Source of the DNA: Candidatus Jordarchaeales archaeon
GTDB lineage: Archaea > Asgardarchaeota > Jordiarchaeia > Jordiarchaeales > Freyrarchaeaceae
DNA: 13,860 nucleotides
Assembly (NCBI GenBank): GCA_038858525.1
Contig: JAWCFL010000002.1
Coordinates: 13,188 to 27,047 of the forward strand
Direction: 5' to 3'
In this document: piece after piece, positions 1 through 7,043 of the stretch
Layout of the letters: every line of letters begins with the position of its first letter
Position numbering within the stretch: position 1 is the first letter of the stretch
Program-made: the position numbers and the translations under genes
Notes under the pieces: model-generated
What the model was told of the DNA's origin: nothing
The model's database searches: none
What the model saw: the letters and a program-made list of their open reading frames with translations, nothing else

Positions 1-802
1 TATCGTATGCGTTCCTAGAGGCTTCAATTGTAGCCTTTAAGGATAAGAAGTCTTTCCTCATATGGAAGAGGAACGTGTCGTTAGCTTTCCACGCTCCAAC
101 TATGTCTACTTGGTCTGACGTGAACTCTTTCGCTTTCTCAGCTGGGCATATAATCAAGGCTGCAGCCCCGTCGCCTATAGGCGCACAGTCCATGAGGTGT
201 ATTGGCTCTGCAACAGGTGCTGAGTTGAGGGCTTTATCGAGAGAAATCTTGAAGGGGAACTGCGCGTAAGGATTCTTGGAGGCGTTTTCATGCATTTGCA
301 CAACAAACTTGGCGAAACTTTCCCTCTTAACGCCAAACTTCTTCATGTAGAGACGCATCACCATGGCGTTTATTCCTGCAAGGGAAAGACCGGTAAAAGC
401 CTCATACTCCTGATCCGTTACTGTTGAAATTATAAATGTAGCATCGCTCGTCGTCGTATCCATCATTTTCTCAACGCCGCCCACAAGCACAAAGTCATGC
501 ATTCCCGAGGCGACGTCTTTAAGCGCCATATACAAGGCTGCGGCACCCGAACTACAGCCCTCCTCCACCCTTAAAGACGGCTTCGACCCTAGCCCCAAGG
601 CGTCTGCCAGCATAGGGGCCAAGTTCTCCTGCTTGTTAAACTGGCCCGCCGACATGTTGCCCACGTAGAGGGCTTCTACATCAGGGTTCCCTGCGTCCTC
701 CAAGGCGTTTATAGCCGCCTTGGTGAACAGGGAGCGGAGAGACTCCTTCCAGTGGTGGTCAACCTTAACCATCCCAACACCGATCACGGCAACCTTACGC
801 AT
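1..802 (-). CDS. Archaeal acetoacetyl-CoA thiolase (acetyl-CoA C-acetyltransferase); 3' end truncated by the window edge
   Basis: Not in the ORF track; translated by hand from ATG at 802: MRKVAVIGVGMVKVDHHWKESLRSLFTKAAINALEDAG...YVGNM...RVEEGCSSGAAA (catalytic Cys)...GGVEKM...HENASKNPYAQF...DCAPIGDGAAALI. The frame is open to position 1. An AGGTGGG RBS-like site lies just upstream, 14 nt after the HMG-CoA synthase stop. Confidence 0.93.
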   Translation of the reverse strand, partial: MRKVAVIGVGMVKVDHHWKESLRSLFTKAAINALEDAGNPDVEALYVGNMSAGQFNKQENLAPMLADALGLGSKPSLRVEEGCSSGAAALYMALKDVASGMHDFVLVGGVEKMMDTTTSDATFIISTVTDQEYEAFTGLSLAGINAMVMRLYMKKFGVKRESFAKFVVQMHENASKNPYAQFPFKISLDKALNSAPVAEPIHLMDCAPIGDGAAALIICPAEKAKEFTSDQVDIVGAWKANDTFLFHMRKDFLSLKATIEASRNAYD

Positions 803-816
803 AAACAACCCACCTA

Positions 817-1887
817 TTATTTTGTTTCTAAACCGATGATCATCCTGCGCCATTTAGCGTAGCAAGCATAGTCGATGTACTGCTTCCTCTTAATGTAATC
901 CCAAACCTTGGGAGCCGCGTCCCTTTTCTCGTCTACACCATCTTGAACGATAATGTACATTGCATCGCTACCCGCCCCAGACCCATATGACACTAAGAGA
1001 ATCTGCTGGCCGGGGGTAGCTTCGTCCAGGACTGCGGTTAGCCCGAGTAATGAAGAGGCGGAGTAAGTGTTCCCTATGTAGGGTACAAGAAGTCCTTTCG
1101 AAACTTGCTCCTTAGTAAAGCCAAGCTGGCTTGCAGCCCTTAAGGGGAACTTACCGTTTGGCTGATGAAATATTACGTAGTCGAAGTCGCTCGGCTTAAG
1201 GCCAAGCTCGCTCATGAGGTGCTCGGCCGCCGAGGTAACATGGTGGAAGTATGAGAGACCAGTGAACGGGCCACCATGCTTAGGGTATGGCTGCTCAGCC
1301 CTCCTCCAGAAGTCAGGCGTATCAGTAACATAGGACACGGTTGCCTCTATCGAGGCGGCTGAGGAGGAGTTTAAGGGTCCTATTATTAGGGCCGCTGCCC
1401 CTGACGCGGCGGCATATTCAAGGTCGTCTCCGGGGGCGCTCTGAGCTACATCGGCACCTATAGCCAGACCGTACTTGATCATTCCTGATGCTACGAGCGC
1501 AATGCACATTTGAACGGCTTCTGTGCCTGCCTTGCATGCGAATTCTAGGTCTGCTGCGAGCGTGTAGGGTGTTGCACCTATCACTTCTGCGACTGTGCAT
1601 CCTGTAGGCTTTACCGCGTAGGGGTGTGATTCCGAGCCGCACAGAACGGCCCCTATTTCTGAGGGGTTTATTCCCGCTCTTTTGATGGCGTTAATCGCAG
1701 CCTCCGTGGATAGGGTTATAGTGTCTTCGTCGGGCCCAGCAACGGCTTTTTCTTGTATCATTAAGTCTTCCTTGAATCGGTCGGTCGGAGCGTCCCAAAC
1801 TGACGCTATATTCTCTGTTTTAATTCTGTACTGGGGGATGTAGCATCCCCATCCTTCTATTCCAACTCGTGATTTAGGGATCATCAT
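817..1887 (-). CDS. Hydroxymethylglutaryl-CoA synthase, archaeal type (356 aa from ATG 1887)
   Basis: Motifs [11 protein letters not shown] (catalytic Glu), EFACKAGT (catalytic Cys), [16 protein letters not shown] (His), GNTYS and [10 protein letters not shown]. Start moved from 1935 to 1887 because GGGAGG lies upstream of ATG-ATG at 1887/1884. Confidence 0.95.
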   Translation of the reverse strand: MMIPKSRVGIEGWGCYIPQYRIKTENIASVWDAPTDRFKEDLMIQEKAVAGPDEDTITLSTEAAINAIKRAGINPSEIGAVLCGSESHPYAVKPTGCTVAEVIGATPYTLAADLEFACKAGTEAVQMCIALVASGMIKYGLAIGADVAQSAPGDDLEYAAASGAAALIIGPLNSSSAASIEATVSYVTDTPDFWRRAEQPYPKHGGPFTGLSYFHHVTSAAEHLMSELGLKPSDFDYVIFHQPNGKFPLRAASQLGFTKEQVSKGLLVPYIGNTYSASSLLGLTAVLDEATPGQQILLVSYGSGAGSDAMYIIVQDGVDEKRDAAPKVWDYIKRKQYIDYACYAKWRRMIIGLETK

Positions 1888-1986
1888 GAGTATTTTCCTC
1901 CCACTAGAAGCGGCCCTGTTCTCTAGAAAGAGCATTTGGAGTTTGGGTCATACCCTCTTTGAAGAGGAGGCAAGGCTACCTTGTCT

Positions 1987-2036
1987 ATTTAAGGATTACG
2001 CACCAATAAAATGCAACTTCGACAAATTTAAGGATT
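1987..2036 (-). promoter_or_regulatory. Two copies of ATTTAAGGATT (1987-1997 and 2026-2036); candidate tandem TATA elements or operator for the HMG-CoA synthase-thiolase operon
   Basis: Exact 11-bp direct repeat with a 39-bp period. The minus strand reads AATCCTTAAAT, with GAAAATCC-TTAAAT (BRE/TATA-like) at the distal copy. Confidence 0.4.
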
Positions 2037-2175
2037 TTCACATTTTAACGCAAAAATGCAGATATTTTGGCCCTTATCCGAGCGCTTCTTACCTCTCCCT
2101 TCCTGTGGGGTCCCATGAATTTCCTTATATTGCGCGGTGAATTCTAAAAATGACGAACCCCAACATGGTTTTAGA

Positions 2176-2190
2176 GAGAAACGATTTAAA
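2176..2190 (+). promoter_or_regulatory. BRE-TATA promoter of the prenyl synthase gene
   Basis: GAGAAAcgaTTTAAA lies about 50 nt upstream of TTG 2241, which has a GGAGGA RBS. Confidence 0.5.
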
Positions 2191-2240
2191 GAAGAGCTTT
2201 AGTCTTCAGAACCAGTAAAAAGCGAATTGGAGGAGAAGAT

Positions 2241-3305
2241 TTGGGTTTCGAGGAAGAGGTTTACAGGCATCTTAAGGGGGTTAACGCTGCGATAAACGAG
2301 TTCCTTGACTCGAAGATCACACACGCGATCACCCCCTACCATGCCGAGTATTACTCGAATATAAAGGAGTTCATAATGAGGGGGGGCAAAAGGCTTAGAC
2401 CCGTATCCTTAGTTAACGCGTACTTTGGAGTTGGCGGGAAGAACAAGGGAGACGTTTACAAGGCGTCGATTTCCGTTGAGTTACTCCACAATGCAACGCT
2501 CATACATGATGACCTAATAGATCATGACGAGACACGTAGAGGAAAAGAGACGTTCCATGTGAAGTATAGAAACTGGTACAATGAGAACTTTGAAGGTGAG
2601 CGGGGAGAAGACTTCGGTATGACCATGGCTATTCTTGGAGGGAACACCGTCTATAACCTTGGAGTTGAGGCTTTGCTTGAGGCTGGCTTCTCCTCTGATC
2701 TCACCTGTAAAGCGATCAGCAAGTATCAGAGGGTCTTTGAGGAGCTTATAGAAGGAGTGATGTTCGAGACTGTTCTCTCCATGAGGGAGAAGGCAAGTTT
2801 CAGTGAGTACATGCAGATGATAAAAATGAAGACAGCGGCTCTCCTCGAGTCCTCCGTTGAGATAGGAGCGATATTGGGAGGAGGAAGCGAGAAGCAGGTT
2901 CAAGCACTGAAAGAATACGCTATTCTTGTAGGTCAGGCGTTTCAGATACAGGATGACATTCTTGGAACGTTTGGCGAGGAGGAGGAAACAGGTAAGCCGA
3001 CGGACGGAGATATAAAAGAGGGGAAGAAGACCGCGCTGGTGGTTTACGCCTTAGAAGCCGCAGGACCAGAAGAACTTAGTGTGCTTAGAAGCGTGCTGGG
3101 CAAGAGGAACGCCACGCCGAGCGAAGTGGAAGAAGTCAGAAGAGTCTTCATGAATACAGGGGCTCTCGAAAGAGCGCGTGAAACAGCGATCAAACTTAAG
3201 AGTGAGGCGAAGGAGAAGATAAGGAGCATGAAGCCATCCCTCACCAAGGAGGCCGAAGAATACTTCCTCGGATTAGCAGACTTCGTGGTGGAAAGAATAC
3301 GCTAA
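2241..3305 (+). CDS. Trans-isoprenyl diphosphate synthase (polyprenyl synthetase family, GGPPS/IdsA-like; product chain length uncertain)
   Basis: RGGKRLRP, first Asp-rich motif ELLHNATLIHDDLIDHDETRRGK, KTAALL, second motif GQAFQIQDDILG, and DIKEGKKT. TTG start preceded by GGAGGA. Confidence 0.93.
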   Translation: MGFEEEVYRHLKGVNAAINEFLDSKITHAITPYHAEYYSNIKEFIMRGGKRLRPVSLVNAYFGVGGKNKGDVYKASISVELLHNATLIHDDLIDHDETRRGKETFHVKYRNWYNENFEGERGEDFGMTMAILGGNTVYNLGVEALLEAGFSSDLTCKAISKYQRVFEELIEGVMFETVLSMREKASFSEYMQMIKMKTAALLESSVEIGAILGGGSEKQVQALKEYAILVGQAFQIQDDILGTFGEEEETGKPTDGDIKEGKKTALVVYALEAAGPEELSVLRSVLGKRNATPSEVEEVRRVFMNTGALERARETAIKLKSEAKEKIRSMKPSLTKEAEEYFLGLADFVVERIR

Positions 3306-3395
3306 ACTTGAGGAGCGCCATACTATAGGAAGACGCCTCCAACATAAGATTTTAATTTTTCAGGCTTCTTTGTGTTTTCGTCCGAAGTGGTTAGA

Positions 3396-4322
3396 ATGCT
3401 TGTCGATCCGTTCGGCCGGCCGGTGAATAACCTTAGGATTTCGCTTACCCAGAAGTGTAACCTAAAATGCTTTTACTGTCACCATGAGGGGGAGGGCTGC
3501 GGTAGCGATCCACGTAAGAAAAACGAGATGACGCCTGAGGAGGTCGCCTTTCTAGTTAGAGTTGCTGCAAAACTAGGTGTGAGAAGCGTTAAGCTGACGG
3601 GCGGGGAGCCGTTACTCTACAGTGGTGTTGAGGAGGTTATCAGAATGATTTCCTCTATAAATGGCGTCCACGAAGTCTCTATGACTACTAATGGCGTCTT
3701 CCTCTCGGAGTGGGCGCAATTACTGGCAGAAGCGGGGTTAAAGAGGGTTAACGTAAGCTTGGGCACTCTCTCAAGAGAGAAGTATAAGATGATCACAGGA
3801 CTGGACGCACTCGAAAAAGTTATTGAAGGAGTAGATGCGGCATTAGAGGCGGGATTAAAGCCCGTTAAGCTAAACATGGTTTTGCTTAGAGGAGTCAACG
3901 TTTCCGATCTGGAATCGATGATCGAGTTCTCAAGGGAGCGGAGAGGTAGTATTTTACAGGTAATAGAGCTTGTTCCCGGAGCTAACCGGGCGCTTGAAGA
4001 TTACCACGCTGATCCTCTTTTCATCGAAAAAATGCTTGAAGAAAGAGCGGTTAAGGTTGTTGTGAGGAAGATGCATAGGAGGAAAAAGTTCTTTTTGAGT
4101 GGGGGAGGGGAGGTTGAAGTTGTCAGACCTGTTCATAACAGCGAGTTTTGCGCTAACTGCAACAGACTGAGGATTACGAGTGAGGGAAAGTTGAAGCCGT
4201 GCCTCATGAAAAACGACAACCTAGTCGACGTTTTAACGCCATTAAGGCAGGGAGCTTCAGAAGAGGAGATCAAGAGGCTTTTCGTCGAAGCGGTGAACAG
4301 GCGTTCCCCATACTACCACTAA
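3396..4322 (+). CDS. moaA: GTP 3',8-cyclase MoaA (radical SAM; molybdopterin/tungstopterin biosynthesis), archaeal type
   Basis: MLVDPFGRPV..LRISLTQKCNLKCFYCHHEG (CxxxCxxC), KLTGGEP, MTTNG, C-terminal FCANCNRLRITSEGKLKPCL, and an archaeal-style PYY end. ATG 3396 is preferred over GTG 3372. Confidence 0.95.
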   Translation: MLVDPFGRPVNNLRISLTQKCNLKCFYCHHEGEGCGSDPRKKNEMTPEEVAFLVRVAAKLGVRSVKLTGGEPLLYSGVEEVIRMISSINGVHEVSMTTNGVFLSEWAQLLAEAGLKRVNVSLGTLSREKYKMITGLDALEKVIEGVDAALEAGLKPVKLNMVLLRGVNVSDLESMIEFSRERRGSILQVIELVPGANRALEDYHADPLFIEKMLEERAVKVVVRKMHRRKKFFLSGGGEVEVVRPVHNSEFCANCNRLRITSEGKLKPCLMKNDNLVDVLTPLRQGASEEEIKRLFVEAVNRRSPYYH

Positions 4323-5440
4323 AACACGTCAACTATGTCTAGGACACGTACCTGGCTTCTTTTTCTTTTAGCGCTTCTGCCTAGCATGTGCTCGCATAGC
4401 GGACATGATGTTACAATGATTTCTGCCCCGGCATCTATAGCTTCGCCCAGCCGCCTTTCAGCGATCCTAGCGGTGAGTCTAGGATGAACAATTGGAGCTC
4501 CACCCCCGCCGCCACAGCACAACGTGTTAAGCTTATTATGCTTCATTTCGACCATGACGACGCCGGGGATATTTTCGATGATCAAGCGCGGTTCATTAAT
4601 TATTCTTGAGAATCTCGCGAGGTGGCAGGGGTCATGAAAGGTTACGTGCGCATTTAAGCTTCTCGGGGTCAGTTTCCCATTTTCCATGCTTCTTGCTAGA
4701 AGTTGGGTTAAATGCTCCACTTCAACGTCGAAATCGAAGAATTTAGGGTACTCTCTTGAGAGAGTTTCGTGGCATCCGGGACATGCTGTAACAATACGTT
4801 TAACTCCCGCTTCCCTAAACTTGCCTACGACCCGTTCACCGTAATCCATGAAGGCGTCAATCTGCCCGGATGCAAGAAGCAGGTTCCCACAGCAGGGCTC
4901 GTCCGGGCCAAGCCACGCCACGCCTCCGATCCTCGAGAGGACTTCTCCTATCTTGATGAGCTTCTCAGGGAGATACTGGGCATAGCTGCAACCAGCAAAG
5001 AACACCGTTTCACCGCCTTTAGGAAGCTCAAGGAGCTTTTGAAGGGACTTAGAGTATGGGTTGCCATGGCTGAGGATCATGTCCGCCGCCTTTCTATGCT
5101 CTGGGTCGAGGCATCCTAACCGCGCCAGTTCAGCTCTGAGGGCAATTATGACGTCTACGTTTTGGAGAGCACACTTGTACATGCAGTACCCACAAGTAGT
5201 GCAGGCCGTAACAGCCCTCAACAGTTCTCCGCTGGGCTTTATAATTCCCTCAGAAAAACCTCTAGCTATCAGCATCTTTCCTCTACTGGAGTATGGCTCC
5301 AGTCTTAGCTCCTTGAAGAAGGGGCATTCCTCAACACATTGGCCGCCGCCTGTTCAGGGACAGCTATAGCCGCACCTAGCCCTGTTACACGTGTAAATGT
5401 CTGGGAGATACTTTTCGAGCAGCAAGTCATCACGCTCCAA
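4319..5440 (-). CDS. HdrD/GlcF-like Fe-S oxidoreductase subunit (2x[4Fe-4S] plus two CCG domains), split by a 27-nt intron: exon 1 5440..5366, exon 2 5338..4319, 364 aa when spliced
   Basis: TTG at 5440 lies 1 nt after the upstream TAG and is in frame with ATG 5275. The spliced N-terminus is MERDDLLLEKYLPDIYTCNRARCGY|CVEECPFFKELRLEPYSSRGKMLIARG. It is followed by CTTCGYCMYKC, FFAGC, EPCCG, VTACPGC, FHDPCHLAR, LCCGGGGG and VTSCPLC. The unspliced frame has TGA at 5356-5354. Confidence 0.88.
5339..5365 (-). other. Putative bulge-helix-bulge (tRNA-endonuclease-type) mRNA intron, 27 nt, phase 0
   Basis: RNA sequence AGCUGUCCCUGAACAGGCGGCGGCCAA. Fold: exon stem GGUGC/GUGUU; central 4-bp helix GGCU/GGCC; 3-nt bulges AU^A and AA^U on opposite strands; intron stem GCUGUC/GGCGGC closing an 8-nt loop. 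Cutting after the second nucleotide of each bulge removes the TGA and restores CGY-CVEECP. Confidence 0.85.
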
Positions 5441-5441
5441 A

Positions 5442-6893
5442 CTAATCTTTTATCCATTTTGAAGCAAACTTCTTGCCCGGATTCAGTATGTTCTTCGGGT
5501 CGAAGACGCGCTTCACCTCAAGCATGTAGTCAAAAGCAGGGCCATGTTCATACTTATTGAACCCGCCTAGCCGTTCCCCGTCTCCTATATAGGTGCTCAT
5601 CGTGCCCTCCAAGTCCACAGCCATCTTGCTCATTTCAGAAACATACTTGTAGAAGCGGCGTACCTCGTCGGGGTTCCCGTCGTCCACGAAAACCGCGAAG
5701 CTTATGCTCGGGCTCACCCTGTTAGGCCTCTGGTGGTAGACGCACATGCCCAAAACCTCTAAACCGTTCTTAGCAGCGATCTCAAGATATTTTCTATATG
5801 CTTCCTCTATTCGGCCTATCGGTATTCCTAGGTCTGCGGCGCCGAACTTTTTCATCCGTTGACTGTCAGGCCACTTTTGCTTGAATGGCTCAAATTCGAG
5901 GAGGTGCTTACTCGTCCACCAGCTTTCAACCAGCTCCCTCTCCTTAACGAGGACTCCGCCGGCTTTTTCCACGAGACTTGACGCATAGTTTCTCGAGAAT
6001 TCGACGACGTCCCTGTCTCCGCCGAAGGAGAAAAACAATATCGCTTCAGCCCACTCAGGTATCTCGGGCGCCCTGCCATATCTTTGCCTGTACGCATGAG
6101 TGTAGAACTGAAGTCTCTTTTTGCAGTTGATGTGTGCGCTCTCCACACACAACCCGGCTTGGATCATTTTTTCAAGCACAGAGACGGCGGAGGACAGAGA
6201 CTTAAATACTGCCGCCTCAACCACTCTTGCCTCAGGCTTCTTGAAAACTCTCAACGTTGCCTCAGTAACTATTCCAAGCGTCCCCTCCGCTCCAACCATA
6301 AGCCAGTGAAGCTTATAACCAGTAGAGGAGCACAGGGCCTTTCTATGCCCTAACCTAACCACCTCACCCTTACCTGTGACGACCACGACGTTCAGCAGGT
6401 AATCCGCCAGCTTACCATACCTTATACCGAACGTCCCGTCGTTATCGCACGCTATAGCAGCCCCGACAGTAGACGCCGGCTTACTTTCAGGGTCGTGAGG
6501 CCACCATAACCCGTGCTTCGCAAGCTCCTCGTTTAATGCTGAAACGGTAATCCCTGCCTGAGTCACCACGACCATGTTTTCCTCGTCTACCTCTAAAACT
6601 CTGTTGAGGCCACGTGTATCTATAAGAATACATCCCTCAACGGGGACTGCGCCGCCGCCCATCCCCGTTCCGCCGGCAAAGGGAACAACTGGGACACTGT
6701 TCTCGTAAGCCACCCGCACAACTTCAGCAACCTCTTCAGTGCTCGTCGGCCTAACGACCACTTCAGGCATCGAGTAATAATCGGCCGGTCTAGGAGACCA
6801 GTCCCTGCTATAAGTGAACCTTACAAAGTCGTCGGTGAACACTTTACCATCACCCAGTCGCCTCCTCAGCTCGTCTACGACCGCACTGCTCAT
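5442..6893 (-). CDS. FAD-linked oxidoreductase, GlcD/D-lactate dehydrogenase/VAO family (FAD-binding PCMH domain plus C-terminal cap); substrate unknown
   Basis: PEVVVRPTSTEEVAEVV, PFAGGTGMGGG, VVTQAGIT, HDPES, RYG, GYKLHWLMVGAEGTLGIVTEATLR, and C-terminal KRVFDPKNILNPGK. GGTGA RBS upstream of ATG 6893. Confidence 0.92.
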   Translation of the reverse strand: MSSAVVDELRRRLGDGKVFTDDFVRFTYSRDWSPRPADYYSMPEVVVRPTSTEEVAEVVRVAYENSVPVVPFAGGTGMGGGAVPVEGCILIDTRGLNRVLEVDEENMVVVTQAGITVSALNEELAKHGLWWPHDPESKPASTVGAAIACDNDGTFGIRYGKLADYLLNVVVVTGKGEVVRLGHRKALCSSTGYKLHWLMVGAEGTLGIVTEATLRVFKKPEARVVEAAVFKSLSSAVSVLEKMIQAGLCVESAHINCKKRLQFYTHAYRQRYGRAPEIPEWAEAILFFSFGGDRDVVEFSRNYASSLVEKAGGVLVKERELVESWWTSKHLLEFEPFKQKWPDSQRMKKFGAADLGIPIGRIEEAYRKYLEIAAKNGLEVLGMCVYHQRPNRVSPSISFAVFVDDGNPDEVRRFYKYVSEMSKMAVDLEGTMSTYIGDGERLGGFNKYEHGPAFDYMLEVKRVFDPKNILNPGKKFASKWIKD

Positions 6894-6947
6894 GCTTTCA
6901 CCGCGCCAACAAGTTTCAACTAACAGTTACAACATTCCAGAAAAATG

Positions 6948-6961
6948 ATAAAAATTTTTAT
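6948..6961. promoter_or_regulatory. Perfect 14-bp AT palindrome ATAAAAATTTTTAT between divergent genes; candidate bidirectional TATA or operator
   Basis: The sequence is self-complementary and lies about 55 nt from ATG 6893 (minus) and about 83 nt from ATG 7044 (plus). It reads A-run then TTTTTAT on both strands. Confidence 0.5.
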
Positions 6962-7043
6962 TGTTCAATGTAGGAGTAGAATGTGGAAGAATTAGATGCG
7001 GGTTGCAGTCTCTTTTTGGGGTTTGCATGAGTGGGGTGTTTTT

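Noticed and set aside
1886-2140. 84-aa ORF in the divergent intergenic region
   Set aside because: It overlaps the HMG-CoA synthase start and promoter elements, and has no clear RBS or recognisable features.
3311-3340. Imperfect inverted repeat GGAGCG...CGCCTCC after the prenyl synthase gene
   Set aside because: The pairing is weak and interrupted, so it cannot be supported as a terminator or operator.
3487-3530. Short insertion after the radical-SAM motif of MoaA (EGCGSDPRKKN) as a second intron
   Set aside because: No stop and no BHB geometry by eye. As far as I recall, this loop varies in length among MoaA proteins.
5354-5356. In-frame TGA read as selenocysteine or by stop readthrough
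   Set aside because: Readthrough leaves a 9-residue insertion (SCPUTGGGQ) in the Fe-S motif, and the TGA does not align with a conserved Cys. I saw no SECIS-like element. BHB excision explains the stop, the insertion and the structure together. Proteomics would settle it.
4319-5440. Fe-S gene as a pseudogene, or a true start at 5275
   Set aside because: All downstream Cys motifs are intact, and the upstream segment supplies the missing first cluster motif in the same frame. Its TTG start is adjacent to the previous stop.
5845-5900. GCCAU/GUGGC hairpin in an apparent insertion of the FAD gene
   Set aside because: The flanking bases cannot form the BHB central helix.
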